The notes under the pieces: generated by a model | Told to the model about the DNA's origin: nothing | Databases searched by the model: none | The model's input: only the letters and a program-made list of their open reading frames with translations | DNA from: Candidatus Woesearchaeota archaeon | Lineage (GTDB): Archaea > Nanobdellota > Nanobdellia > SCGC-AAA011-G17 > GW2011-AR17 | Direction of reading: 5' to 3' | NCBI GenBank assembly: GCA_017608525.1 | Contig: JAFCFS010000002.1 | Location: 1-40,669, forward strand | Length of the DNA: 40,669 nt | Made by a program: the position numbers and the translations under genes | Shown: positions 9,718 through 18,918 of the stretch, piece after piece | Layout of the letters: every line of letters begins with the position of its first letter | Position numbering within the stretch: position 1 is the first letter of the stretch

Positions 9718-10372
9718 TTTTTTTTATTTTTGAGATTATGCTTTCTTCGTGACCAGCACCAACAATAGCGACAATCTTTACATTTTTATACCTTGTCATA
9801 AGATTATATAAATTTTGTGCCATTATCCTGTCCCTTTCTTCAATCAGCGTCTTATAAATGGAAGGGTATTTTCTTTTCACTTCCTTTATTAGCTTTCTTA
9901 TAAATTTTTTATCAGGAACTTTTGTTAAATCTATCTTTATGTGCTCTTTTTTGAATACGCCTTTAAATAAATCAAAAATCAATCTCAGGCATTCCTTAAG
10001 CTTAAGTCTTTGCGAAAGCTTTTTTAGGGTTATTGTTATGTCCCTATCTATCAGAGCTATTTTGTATTTATTTTTCATTGCCAATTTTATTGCTTTTTTC
10101 ATTTCGCTTCCAGGCTGTACACCAACAAGTTTTCCAAGCTTTTTTTCAACCCATGCACCAAGCAAATTTAGAACCCATCCTTTAACGCCCAAGATTTTTA
10201 CGTCCCTCAAACTAAAACCTTCTCTTTTTTCCAGAAGTGCAAGAAATCTTTTTTTGTCCAATTCTAAGGCAACAATATCTGGTTTTTCTTTTTCTAAACA
10301 ATGTTCAACCTCTTTTATGCTTTCTATTGCAATATGCGATGTACCTATTATAATTAATTTTTTGTACTTCAT
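9695..10372 (-). CDS. TraB/PrgY/GumN family protein
   Basis: IGTSHI, PDIVALELD, PGSEM, LIDRDI, LIEERD and VGAGH motifs. Confidence 0.9.
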   Translation of the reverse strand: MKYKKLIIIGTSHIAIESIKEVEHCLEKEKPDIVALELDKKRFLALLEKREGFSLRDVKILGVKGWVLNLLGAWVEKKLGKLVGVQPGSEMKKAIKLAMKNKYKIALIDRDITITLKKLSQRLKLKECLRLIFDLFKGVFKKEHIKIDLTKVPDKKFIRKLIKEVKRKYPSIYKTLIEERDRIMAQNLYNLMTRYKNVKIVAIVGAGHEESIISKIKKIEKDAKA

Positions 10373-10480
10373 CCTAATTTTTAAGCAAAAAGCATTTTAA
10401 ATATTTTTTCAAACATTAAAGTAAACACAGGATAATATTTAAATAGTTAAAAATTCTAAAATTAATGGGGAGGAATCAAA

Positions 10481-10744
10481 ATGCCAAGAATAAAAGAAAT
10501 AGATAAAGTATTTAATATGAGAGTTTACACTGAAGACGGCGACTATTTTGGGGATGTTGACGAAGCAATACTTTTTAAAAATAGGGTAAATGGTTGGAGA
10601 GTTAAAGCAACAAAAAATTCATTGCTAAGCAAAATTATAGGTGGAGCAAAAGGGGTAATAGTTCCTCAAACGATGGTTAAAGCAATTGGGGATATCATGA
10701 TTGTTTCGAGAGCAGCAGCGCCATCATTGGGAGAAGAGGAATAA
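10481..10744 (+). CDS. PRC-barrel domain protein (CdpB-like)
   Basis: VYT.DG.Y.G.V and IVP...VKAIGDIMIV pattern; SD-like GGGGAGG upstream. Confidence 0.88.
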   Translation: MPRIKEIDKVFNMRVYTEDGDYFGDVDEAILFKNRVNGWRVKATKNSLLSKIIGGAKGVIVPQTMVKAIGDIMIVSRAAAPSLGEEE

Positions 10745-10789
10745 GTAAGAAAAACATTTATAAACAAAAAAGTATAATTCAGTTTTGTA

Positions 10790-11341
10790 ATGACATCATC
10801 ACTTAGATTAGCTATAGATTTTCTAGAAAAATTTGGTTTTTTTGATGTTATACTACCTTTCCTTCTAATTTTTACAATAGTTTTTGGAATTCTTGAAAAG
10901 ACAAGAATCTTTGGGGTTGAAGAGATTGAAGGAAAAAAGTACCCAAGGAAAAACATAAATGCGATGGTAGCTTTTGTTATAGCCTTCTTTGTTGTTGCAG
11001 CGAAAGAAATTGTGAGAGCAATACAGGTTAGTTTGCCTCAGGTTGCTCTATTGCTAGTTGTTCTTGTTTGCTTTATGATGCTTGCAGGAAGCTTTATGGC
11101 AGATAAAGAATTCAGCTTTGAAAAAAGAAAAGGATGGGTTATTTTCCTTACTGTTACAATGTTTATAGCAATTGTTTTAATATTTATCAATGCTTTTGGA
11201 TGGCTAAAACCCTTTATTGATTGGCTTAAAACATTTCCTCTTACTTTTGTAGTTCCAGTTGTTTTAATCGTTGTTATTATTGCAGCCATATTATTTATTG
11301 TTGGTGGGGGGCCAAAAAAGAAAGAAGGAGGCGAAGAATAA
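10790..11341 (+). CDS. 5-TM membrane protein, paralog 1 of tandem trio
   Basis: GFFDVILPFLLIFTIVFGILEKTRIFG..K.INA motif shared with the next two genes. Confidence 0.8.
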   Translation: MTSSLRLAIDFLEKFGFFDVILPFLLIFTIVFGILEKTRIFGVEEIEGKKYPRKNINAMVAFVIAFFVVAAKEIVRAIQVSLPQVALLLVVLVCFMMLAGSFMADKEFSFEKRKGWVIFLTVTMFIAIVLIFINAFGWLKPFIDWLKTFPLTFVVPVVLIVVIIAAILFIVGGGPKKKEGGEE

Positions 11342-11899
11342 ATGGTTTTAGAAAGTGTAAACCTTCAAGAATACACAAAAATGCTTGAAGAGATTGGCTT
11401 TTATGATGTTGCACTTCCATTTTTATTAATATTTGCAATAACATTTGCTATCCTTCAAAAAGCAAGAATATTTGGAAAGGAAAGTAGAAAAGTAAATATA
11501 ATAATTGCATTGGTTACAGCATTTCTTGTTATAAGAGTTCAACCAATAGTTAAAATAATTAATATGTTCTTACCAAAAGTATCTTTGTATGTTGTCGTTG
11601 TTATTGCCCTATTGATGGTTCTTGGAATATTTGGGCTACATGCCGAATGGAGAGGATTTATGCTATTAATTGCTGTAATAGTCTCTGTAATAGCAATAAT
11701 ATGGGCTTTGACAACAACAGCAATTCCAGGATTTCCTTCAGCACTTAAGTTATCCACAAAAGATATTGCAGTGTTGTGTTTTGTTGGTGCTGTAGTTCTA
11801 TGTATGTATCTGATAACAAGGGAACCAAAAGGAAGAGGTGGCGGAACAAGCTATTTGGGTAAGTTGCCTGGCGAGCTTGGAAGGGGAAGTGGGGGCTAA
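11342..11899 (+). CDS. 5-TM membrane protein, paralog 2 of tandem trio
   Basis: GFYDVALPFLLIFAITFAILQKARIFG..KVN. Confidence 0.8.
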   Translation: MVLESVNLQEYTKMLEEIGFYDVALPFLLIFAITFAILQKARIFGKESRKVNIIIALVTAFLVIRVQPIVKIINMFLPKVSLYVVVVIALLMVLGIFGLHAEWRGFMLLIAVIVSVIAIIWALTTTAIPGFPSALKLSTKDIAVLCFVGAVVLCMYLITREPKGRGGGTSYLGKLPGELGRGSGG

Positions 11900-11905
11900 A
11901 TAGAA

Positions 11906-12442
11906 ATGGCCACAATCCTAGATGTTGGTATACTTTCCTATTTCACACCTGTATTTGTTTTCCTTTTTATTTTTGCAATTGTATTTGCAATTCTTGAAAA
12001 GACGAGAATACTTGGAAAAAATAAAGGATTAAACTCTCTTGTCGCATTTGTAATTGCCATGCTTTTCATTCTGACTCCAGAATTAATAGGTGTTGTTAAA
12101 TTGTCTATGCCATGGTTTATCCTTCTTTTGGTTTTAATTGTTTTCATTGTTGTACTTTTCTTATTTGTTGGTGTCAAGGCGGAATCTATTACAGAGGCTT
12201 TTGAAAGGCAAGGAGTTGTTTGGTTTTTGGTTATAATATGTATAATTATATTCTTGTATGGGCTAACTGAAATTTATGGCCCATCTGTTCATGAGATCTA
12301 TGCTGGAAACAAAACAGTTGAGGAACCATCATTTGCAAAACAAGTTGGAAAAATTATATTTCACCCTAGAAGCTTAGGCATAATTTTCCTATTGATAATA
12401 ATCGCTCAGGCTATAAGAATAATTGCAAGAGCCTATACTTAA
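11906..12442 (+). CDS. 5-TM membrane protein, paralog 3 of tandem trio
   Basis: PVFVFLFIFAIVFAILEKTRILG..KGLN. Confidence 0.8.
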   Translation: MATILDVGILSYFTPVFVFLFIFAIVFAILEKTRILGKNKGLNSLVAFVIAMLFILTPELIGVVKLSMPWFILLLVLIVFIVVLFLFVGVKAESITEAFERQGVVWFLVIICIIIFLYGLTEIYGPSVHEIYAGNKTVEEPSFAKQVGKIIFHPRSLGIIFLLIIIAQAIRIIARAYT

Positions 12443-13101
12443 GATTTCTTTTCCTTTTTCTTTAGCTCATCGACTATTCTTTTAAGTTCTTTTATGTTTG
12501 TTGTTAGAGGTTCCATTATTTTTTCGAAAACCTTTTCAAGAGCTTTCATTTCGCTTCCGATTGTTTTTATATCTTTTTCATATTCCCTAACTTTTCCGAG
12601 AACAGCAGCCTGTAAATTGTCGAATCTTGATTGAACCCTCAAGACCTCCTGTTTTACAGCTTCCAAATCGTCACTTATTTTGGATTTCCATGTTGTTATG
12701 TCCCCTATTGTTGATAGCACTTCTTCCCATTTTTCTTTTATTACTTCTTCAACAAGGGCGTGAATGTCCTCAATTAGTGGTTTTGCAGGTTTAGCCTTAA
12801 CTTCTTCAATTTTTGGGGCTTCTTTCTTCTCTTCAGTTACAGGAGCGGGTGCTGGAACCTCCTCTTTTTCGCCCTTTTCTGCCTCTTCTTTCTCCTTGCT
12901 TAGTTCAGAAACTTCCATTCCTTCAGGAGGAGTTGGTGCAGGGACTTCCTCCTCTTTTTCAGGATTTTCTTCTTTCATTTTTAACATGGCATTTGATATT
13001 TCAGCAATACTATAGCCCTTTTCTTGCAAGGCTTTTATTATTTCTCCATCACTCAGTTTTTTATTTTTTAGTAACTCTTTTATATCCTCCTTTATCCCAA
13101 T
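12439..13101 (-). CDS. Coiled-coil protein with small N-terminal helical domain and Pro/Glu-rich linker; probable ATT start
   Basis: The frame is open upstream of the TTG at 13029 to an ATT at 13101, which follows SD-like GGTGA; EEVPAP repeated twice; long C-terminal heptads. Confidence 0.7.
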   Translation of the reverse strand: MGIKEDIKELLKNKKLSDGEIIKALQEKGYSIAEISNAMLKMKEENPEKEEEVPAPTPPEGMEVSELSKEKEEAEKGEKEEVPAPAPVTEEKKEAPKIEEVKAKPAKPLIEDIHALVEEVIKEKWEEVLSTIGDITTWKSKISDDLEAVKQEVLRVQSRFDNLQAAVLGKVREYEKDIKTIGSEMKALEKVFEKIMEPLTTNIKELKRIVDELKKKEKKS

Positions 13102-13102
13102 T

Positions 13103-13462
13103 TTATCTCACCTTTTCGAGCTCCTCTTTTACTATTTCTCTTACTTCTTTTTCAGTTACAAACTTAATAGGGTTCCATAAATTAATATATTTTTCTAAAA
13201 CATCAACTTTCTCTTTCTTTGCAAAATTTCCTATTTCATCAGTCATATGTTTGATTATCTTCTTTACATTCTCTAATTCATTTTTTAATTCTTTTAATTC
13301 AAAATCGATTGCTTTAATTTCTTTTGTTAACTTCCTGTACTCTTCAATCATGCTCTTATTTGTTACTAGAAGTTTTTCATTAAGAAGGGTTTGGTTTCCT
13401 TCAACAAGTCTAATCCTGTTTATAATTTCGTTCAATACTTCGCTTATGCTTTTCTCAGCCAT
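13103..13462 (-). CDS. Small coiled-coil protein, unknown function
   Basis: Heptad pattern and C-terminal LEKYINLWNPIKFVT; coupled to the downstream gene. Confidence 0.75.
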   Translation of the reverse strand: MAEKSISEVLNEIINRIRLVEGNQTLLNEKLLVTNKSMIEEYRKLTKEIKAIDFELKELKNELENVKKIIKHMTDEIGNFAKKEKVDVLEKYINLWNPIKFVTEKEVREIVKEELEKVR

Positions 13463-13544
13463 TCTCGGTTCCGAAATTATTTTAAGTTAGTAAATAATAT
13501 CTTCTACATAGATATAAACCTTTTGGAACAAGGGGTGCTAAGTC

Positions 13545-15818
13545 TTGGTAGAAACATGTGGATATGAAATAGTGAGAGAGGGAACTGAAGAAATACTTAG
13601 AGTAAATTGTGAGGGTTGTATAAGGGTTCCTTCTATTGAAGATAGTCCAATATGTATGATGAGGACAATAGATAAATTAAGTGAAAATCCAACAGTAACG
13701 AGAATTGTTTTTAGACAAAGAAGATTTTATACATACAACAACGAGCAAACAGCTATGCTTTCTGAAATTGCAAAAATATACAGTTATCTTATAAAAAAGA
13801 AAAAAGCATTAAGCATAAGAGCAATGGGTCTTCCAGGCCAAAGCATTGAAGTTCTAAAACAAAGACATGCTATGCTCCAGTATATTATTCTTAATTTGCT
13901 AAGAACAGACCCAATTGGAGCATATGTAGAACTGAGAAGGTTGTTAAGGGAAGCAAGAATAAAACTTAAAAGAATCTCTAACCCAAAAGAACTTCAGGAT
14001 TTGAAAATTTACATTGATATTCTCGAAGATATTTATAACAGGTTGGATAAAACAACTTTAATAACTAAAGCCAGACCGTATATTGAAGGCTATAAAATTG
14101 GAAATAGAGATGTTTATAAATTATTTTTTAGGCCAACTGTAACTCCTGATTTTATGTTCACACAATTAATGGCAAAGCCACCAATAGAGGGAGAGCAATT
14201 AGATATTTATAGGGTAGAAAATGCAGACGTCACAATTTATTCCATACCTGATGATATAAGACCTTTGTATCATATAGTGCCTCCGGAATTTAAAATATCT
14301 GAAGATAAATACATATTGATTGATACCGCAAAGACTGTTCTCCTTGAACATAAACCGAAGGAAGAAGAATTTCTAGAGCCTGAGAGAATGAGAACAACAT
14401 TTATGAACATAGGGATGGATTTGCTTAGAGAACTTGCAGAGTACAGGGGAATGGAATTAAAACATAAAGAGCTTAAAGAACTTGCAGAAATTTTAGTTAG
14501 ACATACAATTGGATTTGGAGTTATAGAATTAATCCTTAAAGATCCGAAAATACAGGATATAACAATCAATGCACCGATGGGCTCTACCCCTATTTTCTTG
14601 CTCCACCAGGACTATGATGAATGCGTAACTAATATAATTCCAACCCCATCAGATGGTGAAAGTTGGGCAACAAAATTCAGAATGCTTAGTGGAAGACCTC
14701 TTGATGAAGCAAATCCGGTTCTTGATACAGAGCTCAAAATTCCAGGTGCTAGGTCAAGAGTTGCAATTGTTGGAAGACCTCTTAATCCTTTTGGTTTAGG
14801 CTATGCTTTCAGAAGACACAGAGACAAACCATGGACACTTCCTCTGTATGTTCAAAACAGAATGATAAGTCCTTTAGCAGCAGGTCTTTTAAGCTTTTTG
14901 ATTGATGGGGCTAGGACATGTTTGATTGCTGGAACAAGGAGCTCTGGTAAAACATCTATGCTCGGTGCATTTTTGGTAGAGATAATGAGAAAATATAGGA
15001 TTATAACAATTGAAGATACACTGGAATTGCCAACAGAGGCTTTAAGGAGATACGGTTATAATATTCAACCATTAAAAGTTAGATCAGCATTAGTTAAAGG
15101 AGGGGCTGAACTTTCCGCTGATGAAGGTATAAGAACTTCTTTAAGAATGGGTGATAGCTGCCTGATAGTTGGTGAGGTAAGATCTGTAGAAGCACTAGCA
15201 TTATATGAAGCAATGAGGGTTGGTGCTCTAGCAAATGTTGTTGCAGGAACGATACACGGAGAAAGTCCATACGGTGTATTCGATAGAGTGGTTAATGACT
15301 TAGGGGTTCCTAGAACAAGCTTTAAAGCAACAAACATAATTTTGGTTTGCAATCCTCTAAAAAGCCCAGACGGTTTACATAAGTGGAGAAGAGTAACTCA
15401 AATAACAGAAGTTAGAAAACACTGGACAGAAGATCCATTGTTGGAAGGAGGGTTTGTCGACTTGATGAGGTATAATTCAAAAACAGACCAACTTGAACCA
15501 ACAGACGACCTAATTAACGGAAATTCTCAAGTGCTTAAAGACATAGGGGGAAATGTTAAAGAGTGGGCAGGGAATTGGGAGGCTATATGGGACAATATAG
15601 TTTTGAGAGCAAACATTAAGAAATTAATGGTTGATTATGCAAACAGAACAGGAATAAATGACCTCTTAGAAGCAAAATTTGTTATCCAGGCAAATGACGA
15701 ATTTCACAGAATTTCGAGCAGAATTAAGGAAGAGGCTGGGTATTTGGACAGCAAAAGAATATTCCAAGAATTTGAAGATTGGCTGAAGAGAAAAATAAAC
15801 AAAAAGGAGATCAAGTGA
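13545..15818 (+). CDS. pilB: Type IV pilus/type II-IV secretion ATPase (PilB/VirB11-like)
   Basis: Walker A GTRSSGKT, Asp box IEDTLEL, Walker B LIVGEVR, His box GTIHG, N-terminal CxxC..C; SD-like GGGGTG before the TTG. Confidence 0.9.
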   Translation: MVETCGYEIVREGTEEILRVNCEGCIRVPSIEDSPICMMRTIDKLSENPTVTRIVFRQRRFYTYNNEQTAMLSEIAKIYSYLIKKKKALSIRAMGLPGQSIEVLKQRHAMLQYIILNLLRTDPIGAYVELRRLLREARIKLKRISNPKELQDLKIYIDILEDIYNRLDKTTLITKARPYIEGYKIGNRDVYKLFFRPTVTPDFMFTQLMAKPPIEGEQLDIYRVENADVTIYSIPDDIRPLYHIVPPEFKISEDKYILIDTAKTVLLEHKPKEEEFLEPERMRTTFMNIGMDLLRELAEYRGMELKHKELKELAEILVRHTIGFGVIELILKDPKIQDITINAPMGSTPIFLLHQDYDECVTNIIPTPSDGESWATKFRMLSGRPLDEANPVLDTELKIPGARSRVAIVGRPLNPFGLGYAFRRHRDKPWTLPLYVQNRMISPLAAGLLSFLIDGARTCLIAGTRSSGKTSMLGAFLVEIMRKYRIITIEDTLELPTEALRRYGYNIQPLKVRSALVKGGAELSADEGIRTSLRMGDSCLIVGEVRSVEALALYEAMRVGALANVVAGTIHGESPYGVFDRVVNDLGVPRTSFKATNIILVCNPLKSPDGLHKWRRVTQITEVRKHWTEDPLLEGGFVDLMRYNSKTDQLEPTDDLINGNSQVLKDIGGNVKEWAGNWEAIWDNIVLRANIKKLMVDYANRTGINDLLEAKFVIQANDEFHRISSRIKEEAGYLDSKRIFQEFEDWLKRKINKKEIK

Positions 15819-15819
15819 A

Positions 15820-18009
15820 ATGGTTGACGAAGGGGAAAAGAAAATACTTGAGAAATATGGTGAAAAGCTTGCAAAAAGGATAGGTGAAGAGACGGAAGAA
15901 AAAAAGCCATCTGGGATTTTTACAAGAGAATATGAAATTTTTAGAAAAGAAACCCTTCTCATAACAACAAGTTTTTACGAAAAGGCATGTAAATGGGCAG
16001 AAAATCTTTTGCTAAAATTCTTTAAACCGAAATTAAAAGAAGAGGATGTTAAAAAACTTGAAGAAGCAATAAAGACAGCACATCTCGAAATAACACCTAT
16101 AAGTGCTGCATGCTTGGGCTATGTTGTTTTATTTTTCTCAATATTTCTTGGAATTATTATATCGCTTTTTTCTTTTGCTTTAACAGGCTCTCCAAGCATA
16201 TTGTCAAGTATACTAGTTATAATATTAGGGATTTTTGCAATCAAGCCAATAACAAACTATCCGATAACAGTGGCAACCAAATGGAGAATAGAAGCTTCGA
16301 ATCAAATGGTACCATGCATACTTTATGTTGTTATGTATATGAGGCACACATCAAACTTGGAACATGCGATAAAATTTGCTGGAGAACATGTTGGTCCACC
16401 ATTAGCCTTGGATTTAAGAAAAGTATTCTGGGATGTTGAAGTTAAAAAATACTCAACTATAAGGGAATCGTTGGAAAACTATTTGAATAACTGGAAGAAA
16501 TGGAACTTTGAATTTGTTGAAGCATTCCATCTTATTGAAGCATCCTTGCATGAAGCTGATGAGAAAAAAAGGATTGCCACACTTGAAAAGGCTTTAGAAA
16601 TAATGCTTGAAGGTACATACGAAAAAATGCTTAAGTTTGCACACGAAACAAAAAATCCAATTACTATGCTTCATATGTTTGGTGTAATTCTTCCGATATT
16701 AGGGTTGATAATATTGCCTTTACTTGGGAGTTTCATGAATGTTAAATGGTACCACATTGGAATGCTTTACAATATAGCCTTACCGATTGCTGTTTATTAT
16801 TTTGGTCATACTATCCTTGTGAAAAGACCGACAGGCTATTCACAAACAAAAATAGAAGAAAAAGTCAAAAACTATAAAGAGTTAAGGATGCTTACTGTTT
16901 ATTCAGGTGGAACAAAGAAATACGTTAAGCCGGAAACAATAGCTCTTCTCCTGATTTTAGTATTCACGTTATTTGGAACTATTCCTTTAATAATACACGT
17001 TATTTATCCAGACGCAGATTTTACACTTTTTGAAAATATTAAATTTTTGGGCTATGTTAAAAAGAAGGAAGGTGGTTATGCAGGTCCATTCGGATTGGGT
17101 GCAACACTTTTCAGTTTTGTTATTACTATTGGAATTGCTATAGGACTTGGCATAGCATACAAAATAAAATCAAAAAGGCTAATACGCATAAGAGACAGAA
17201 CAAAAAAATTGGAAAAAGAATTTATATCAGCAATTTTCCAACTAGGTTCTAGAATAGAGAGGGGCCTTCCGGCTGAGCTTGCCTTTGGAAGAGTGGCCCA
17301 GGATTTAGGAGAAACACCAAGTGGCAAATTTTTCTCAATAGTTGCAGCGAATATAAAAAATCTTGGCATGAGTTTAGAAGATGCAATTTTTAATTCTAAG
17401 GTTGGCGCAATAACTAAATTTCCGAGTTCAGTAATTGAAACATCGATGAAGATACTAATAGGGAGTGCGAAAAAAGGCCCAAAAATTGCTGCAAAAAGTT
17501 TAATGGTATTATCAGATTATTTGCATAGAATAGAAAAAGTAAATGAAAGATTGAAAGATCTTTTAGCCGAAATAGTATCTTCAATGAGAGCCCAAATAAA
17601 TTTTCTTACACCATTTATAGCTGGAATTGTCGTTGGTGTTGGCACTATGATGGTTGCAATTATGGGTTCTTTAACTGCGCAAATATCTCAACTTGGTGAA
17701 GGAACAGTTGAGATAGGGGGTTTTGCGGCAGAAGATATAGTAGAAATGTTTCCTCTTGAAAAAATGATACCTCCGTTTTATTTTCAATTGGTAGTTGGAT
17801 TTTATGTTATAGAAGTAATTATCGTCTTAACAATACTTGCAAACGGAATAGAAAATGGAATGGATAAATTAACAGGCGAATATAATTTAGCAAAAAACCT
17901 ATTTAAAAGTCCTCTAATGTACGTTTTAATTGGCATAATAACCACATTTATATTTAATATTATCGCATTGAAAATTGGAGGAGTAAACTTAGGAGGAATG
18001 GGTGGTTGA
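15820..18009 (+). CDS. pilC: Type IV pilus membrane platform protein (T2SSF/PilC/TadC-like)
   Basis: Directly follows the ATPase; two cytoplasmic T2SSF-like regions (SNLEHA, GLPAELAF, GMSLEDA) among about 9 TM segments. Confidence 0.85.
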   Translation: MVDEGEKKILEKYGEKLAKRIGEETEEKKPSGIFTREYEIFRKETLLITTSFYEKACKWAENLLLKFFKPKLKEEDVKKLEEAIKTAHLEITPISAACLGYVVLFFSIFLGIIISLFSFALTGSPSILSSILVIILGIFAIKPITNYPITVATKWRIEASNQMVPCILYVVMYMRHTSNLEHAIKFAGEHVGPPLALDLRKVFWDVEVKKYSTIRESLENYLNNWKKWNFEFVEAFHLIEASLHEADEKKRIATLEKALEIMLEGTYEKMLKFAHETKNPITMLHMFGVILPILGLIILPLLGSFMNVKWYHIGMLYNIALPIAVYYFGHTILVKRPTGYSQTKIEEKVKNYKELRMLTVYSGGTKKYVKPETIALLLILVFTLFGTIPLIIHVIYPDADFTLFENIKFLGYVKKKEGGYAGPFGLGATLFSFVITIGIAIGLGIAYKIKSKRLIRIRDRTKKLEKEFISAIFQLGSRIERGLPAELAFGRVAQDLGETPSGKFFSIVAANIKNLGMSLEDAIFNSKVGAITKFPSSVIETSMKILIGSAKKGPKIAAKSLMVLSDYLHRIEKVNERLKDLLAEIVSSMRAQINFLTPFIAGIVVGVGTMMVAIMGSLTAQISQLGEGTVEIGGFAAEDIVEMFPLEKMIPPFYFQLVVGFYVIEVIIVLTILANGIENGMDKLTGEYNLAKNLFKSPLMYVLIGIITTFIFNIIALKIGGVNLGGMGG

Positions 18010-18109
18010 TTTGGCTCCAAAAAAATTAATAATGATAATACTTACAATATTACTAGGAGTTATTTTGTTATTAATAATTATAAACCTTAAAAATGCTATG
18101 TTTAAATAA
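18002..18109 (+). CDS. 35-aa single-TM microprotein (absent from ORF track)
   Basis: GTG start after AGGAGGA gives MVDLAPKKLIMIILTILLGVILLLIIINLKNAMFK; overlaps both neighbours and fills the gap; TTG 18011 is an alternative start. Confidence 0.6.
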   Translation: MVDLAPKKLIMIILTILLGVILLLIIINLKNAMFK

Positions 18110-18779
18110 AGGAAAGCTTTCAACCAGAACGCTTGTGGAGCTTATTTTACTGAGTGCTTTTCTTCTTATTGTTGTCATTTTATTTATATCTGTAAAAACC
18201 CAATTCAGTCCGGAATTCTTAAAGCAGTATGCATGTTGGGCAAACAATGCAATGAAGGCAACAAGCTCTGTGTTTAGATACTTTTTGCCAGAAGAATGCC
18301 CGATGCAAGAGAAAATGGATGTAACCCTGGAAGAGCTTGCATCAATGATAAGATCTGTTTGGTGGATGTATGGTAGAGGAAAATGGGATCTTGCATGGAG
18401 AGGAGGTGTTGATGGGCTTTATGTTCATTACATATTCTATCCAAAAGAAGACATAAAAATAAGCGACTTGGTAGTTTATTTGAAAACGCACAGTAATGGA
18501 GAAATTGTTGATGTTACAGATCCAGAATCAGATTGGAATTACCTTCAAGCTGGATCAGTCGGGACAACATTATGCATCGATAAGAAGACAATAGGTAATG
18601 AGTTGAAAAAGGGAGAAAGGTACTTCATTATATTTTATGATTCAAGAGGTATGGTTTTTGATAGCAAGGAAGATAGAGTTGCTATTTCAAAAAATATAAA
18701 TTTTGGCCAAGGTTTTATTCAAAGAATAATTAGGATATTTGACGATGGATGTAAAGAAATTATTTTTTATCAGAAATAA
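18093..18779 (+). CDS. Pilin-like protein (class III signal peptide)
   Basis: NKG/KLSTRTLVELILL followed by a hydrophobic helix and a Cys-containing globular domain. Confidence 0.7.
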   Translation: MLCLNKGKLSTRTLVELILLSAFLLIVVILFISVKTQFSPEFLKQYACWANNAMKATSSVFRYFLPEECPMQEKMDVTLEELASMIRSVWWMYGRGKWDLAWRGGVDGLYVHYIFYPKEDIKISDLVVYLKTHSNGEIVDVTDPESDWNYLQAGSVGTTLCIDKKTIGNELKKGERYFIIFYDSRGMVFDSKEDRVAISKNINFGQGFIQRIIRIFDDGCKEIIFYQK

Positions 18780-18918
18780 AGGAAAATTGGCATGGGAGTA
18801 TATAGCCGCCTTTATTATCGCTCTTCTCGTTTTGGTACTAATGTTAATATTTTCTAACTATATTAAAGAAAAAGCACTTCATGGTTTAAAATTCCTGCTA
18901 AAACTTTTCGGAAGATGA
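18745..18918 (+). CDS. 57-aa minimal pilin (absent from ORF track)
   Basis: MDVKKLFFIRNKG/KLAWEYIAAFIIALLVLVLMLIF..FGR with Glu at +5; stop overlaps the next start (ATGA). Confidence 0.8.
   Translation: MDVKKLFFIRNKGKLAWEYIAAFIIALLVLVLMLIFSNYIKEKALHGLKFLLKLFGR

Noticed and set aside
12764-13490. Plus-strand ORFs of 83 and 225 aa
   Set aside because: Antisense shadows of the coiled-coil genes, with F/S/L-rich composition
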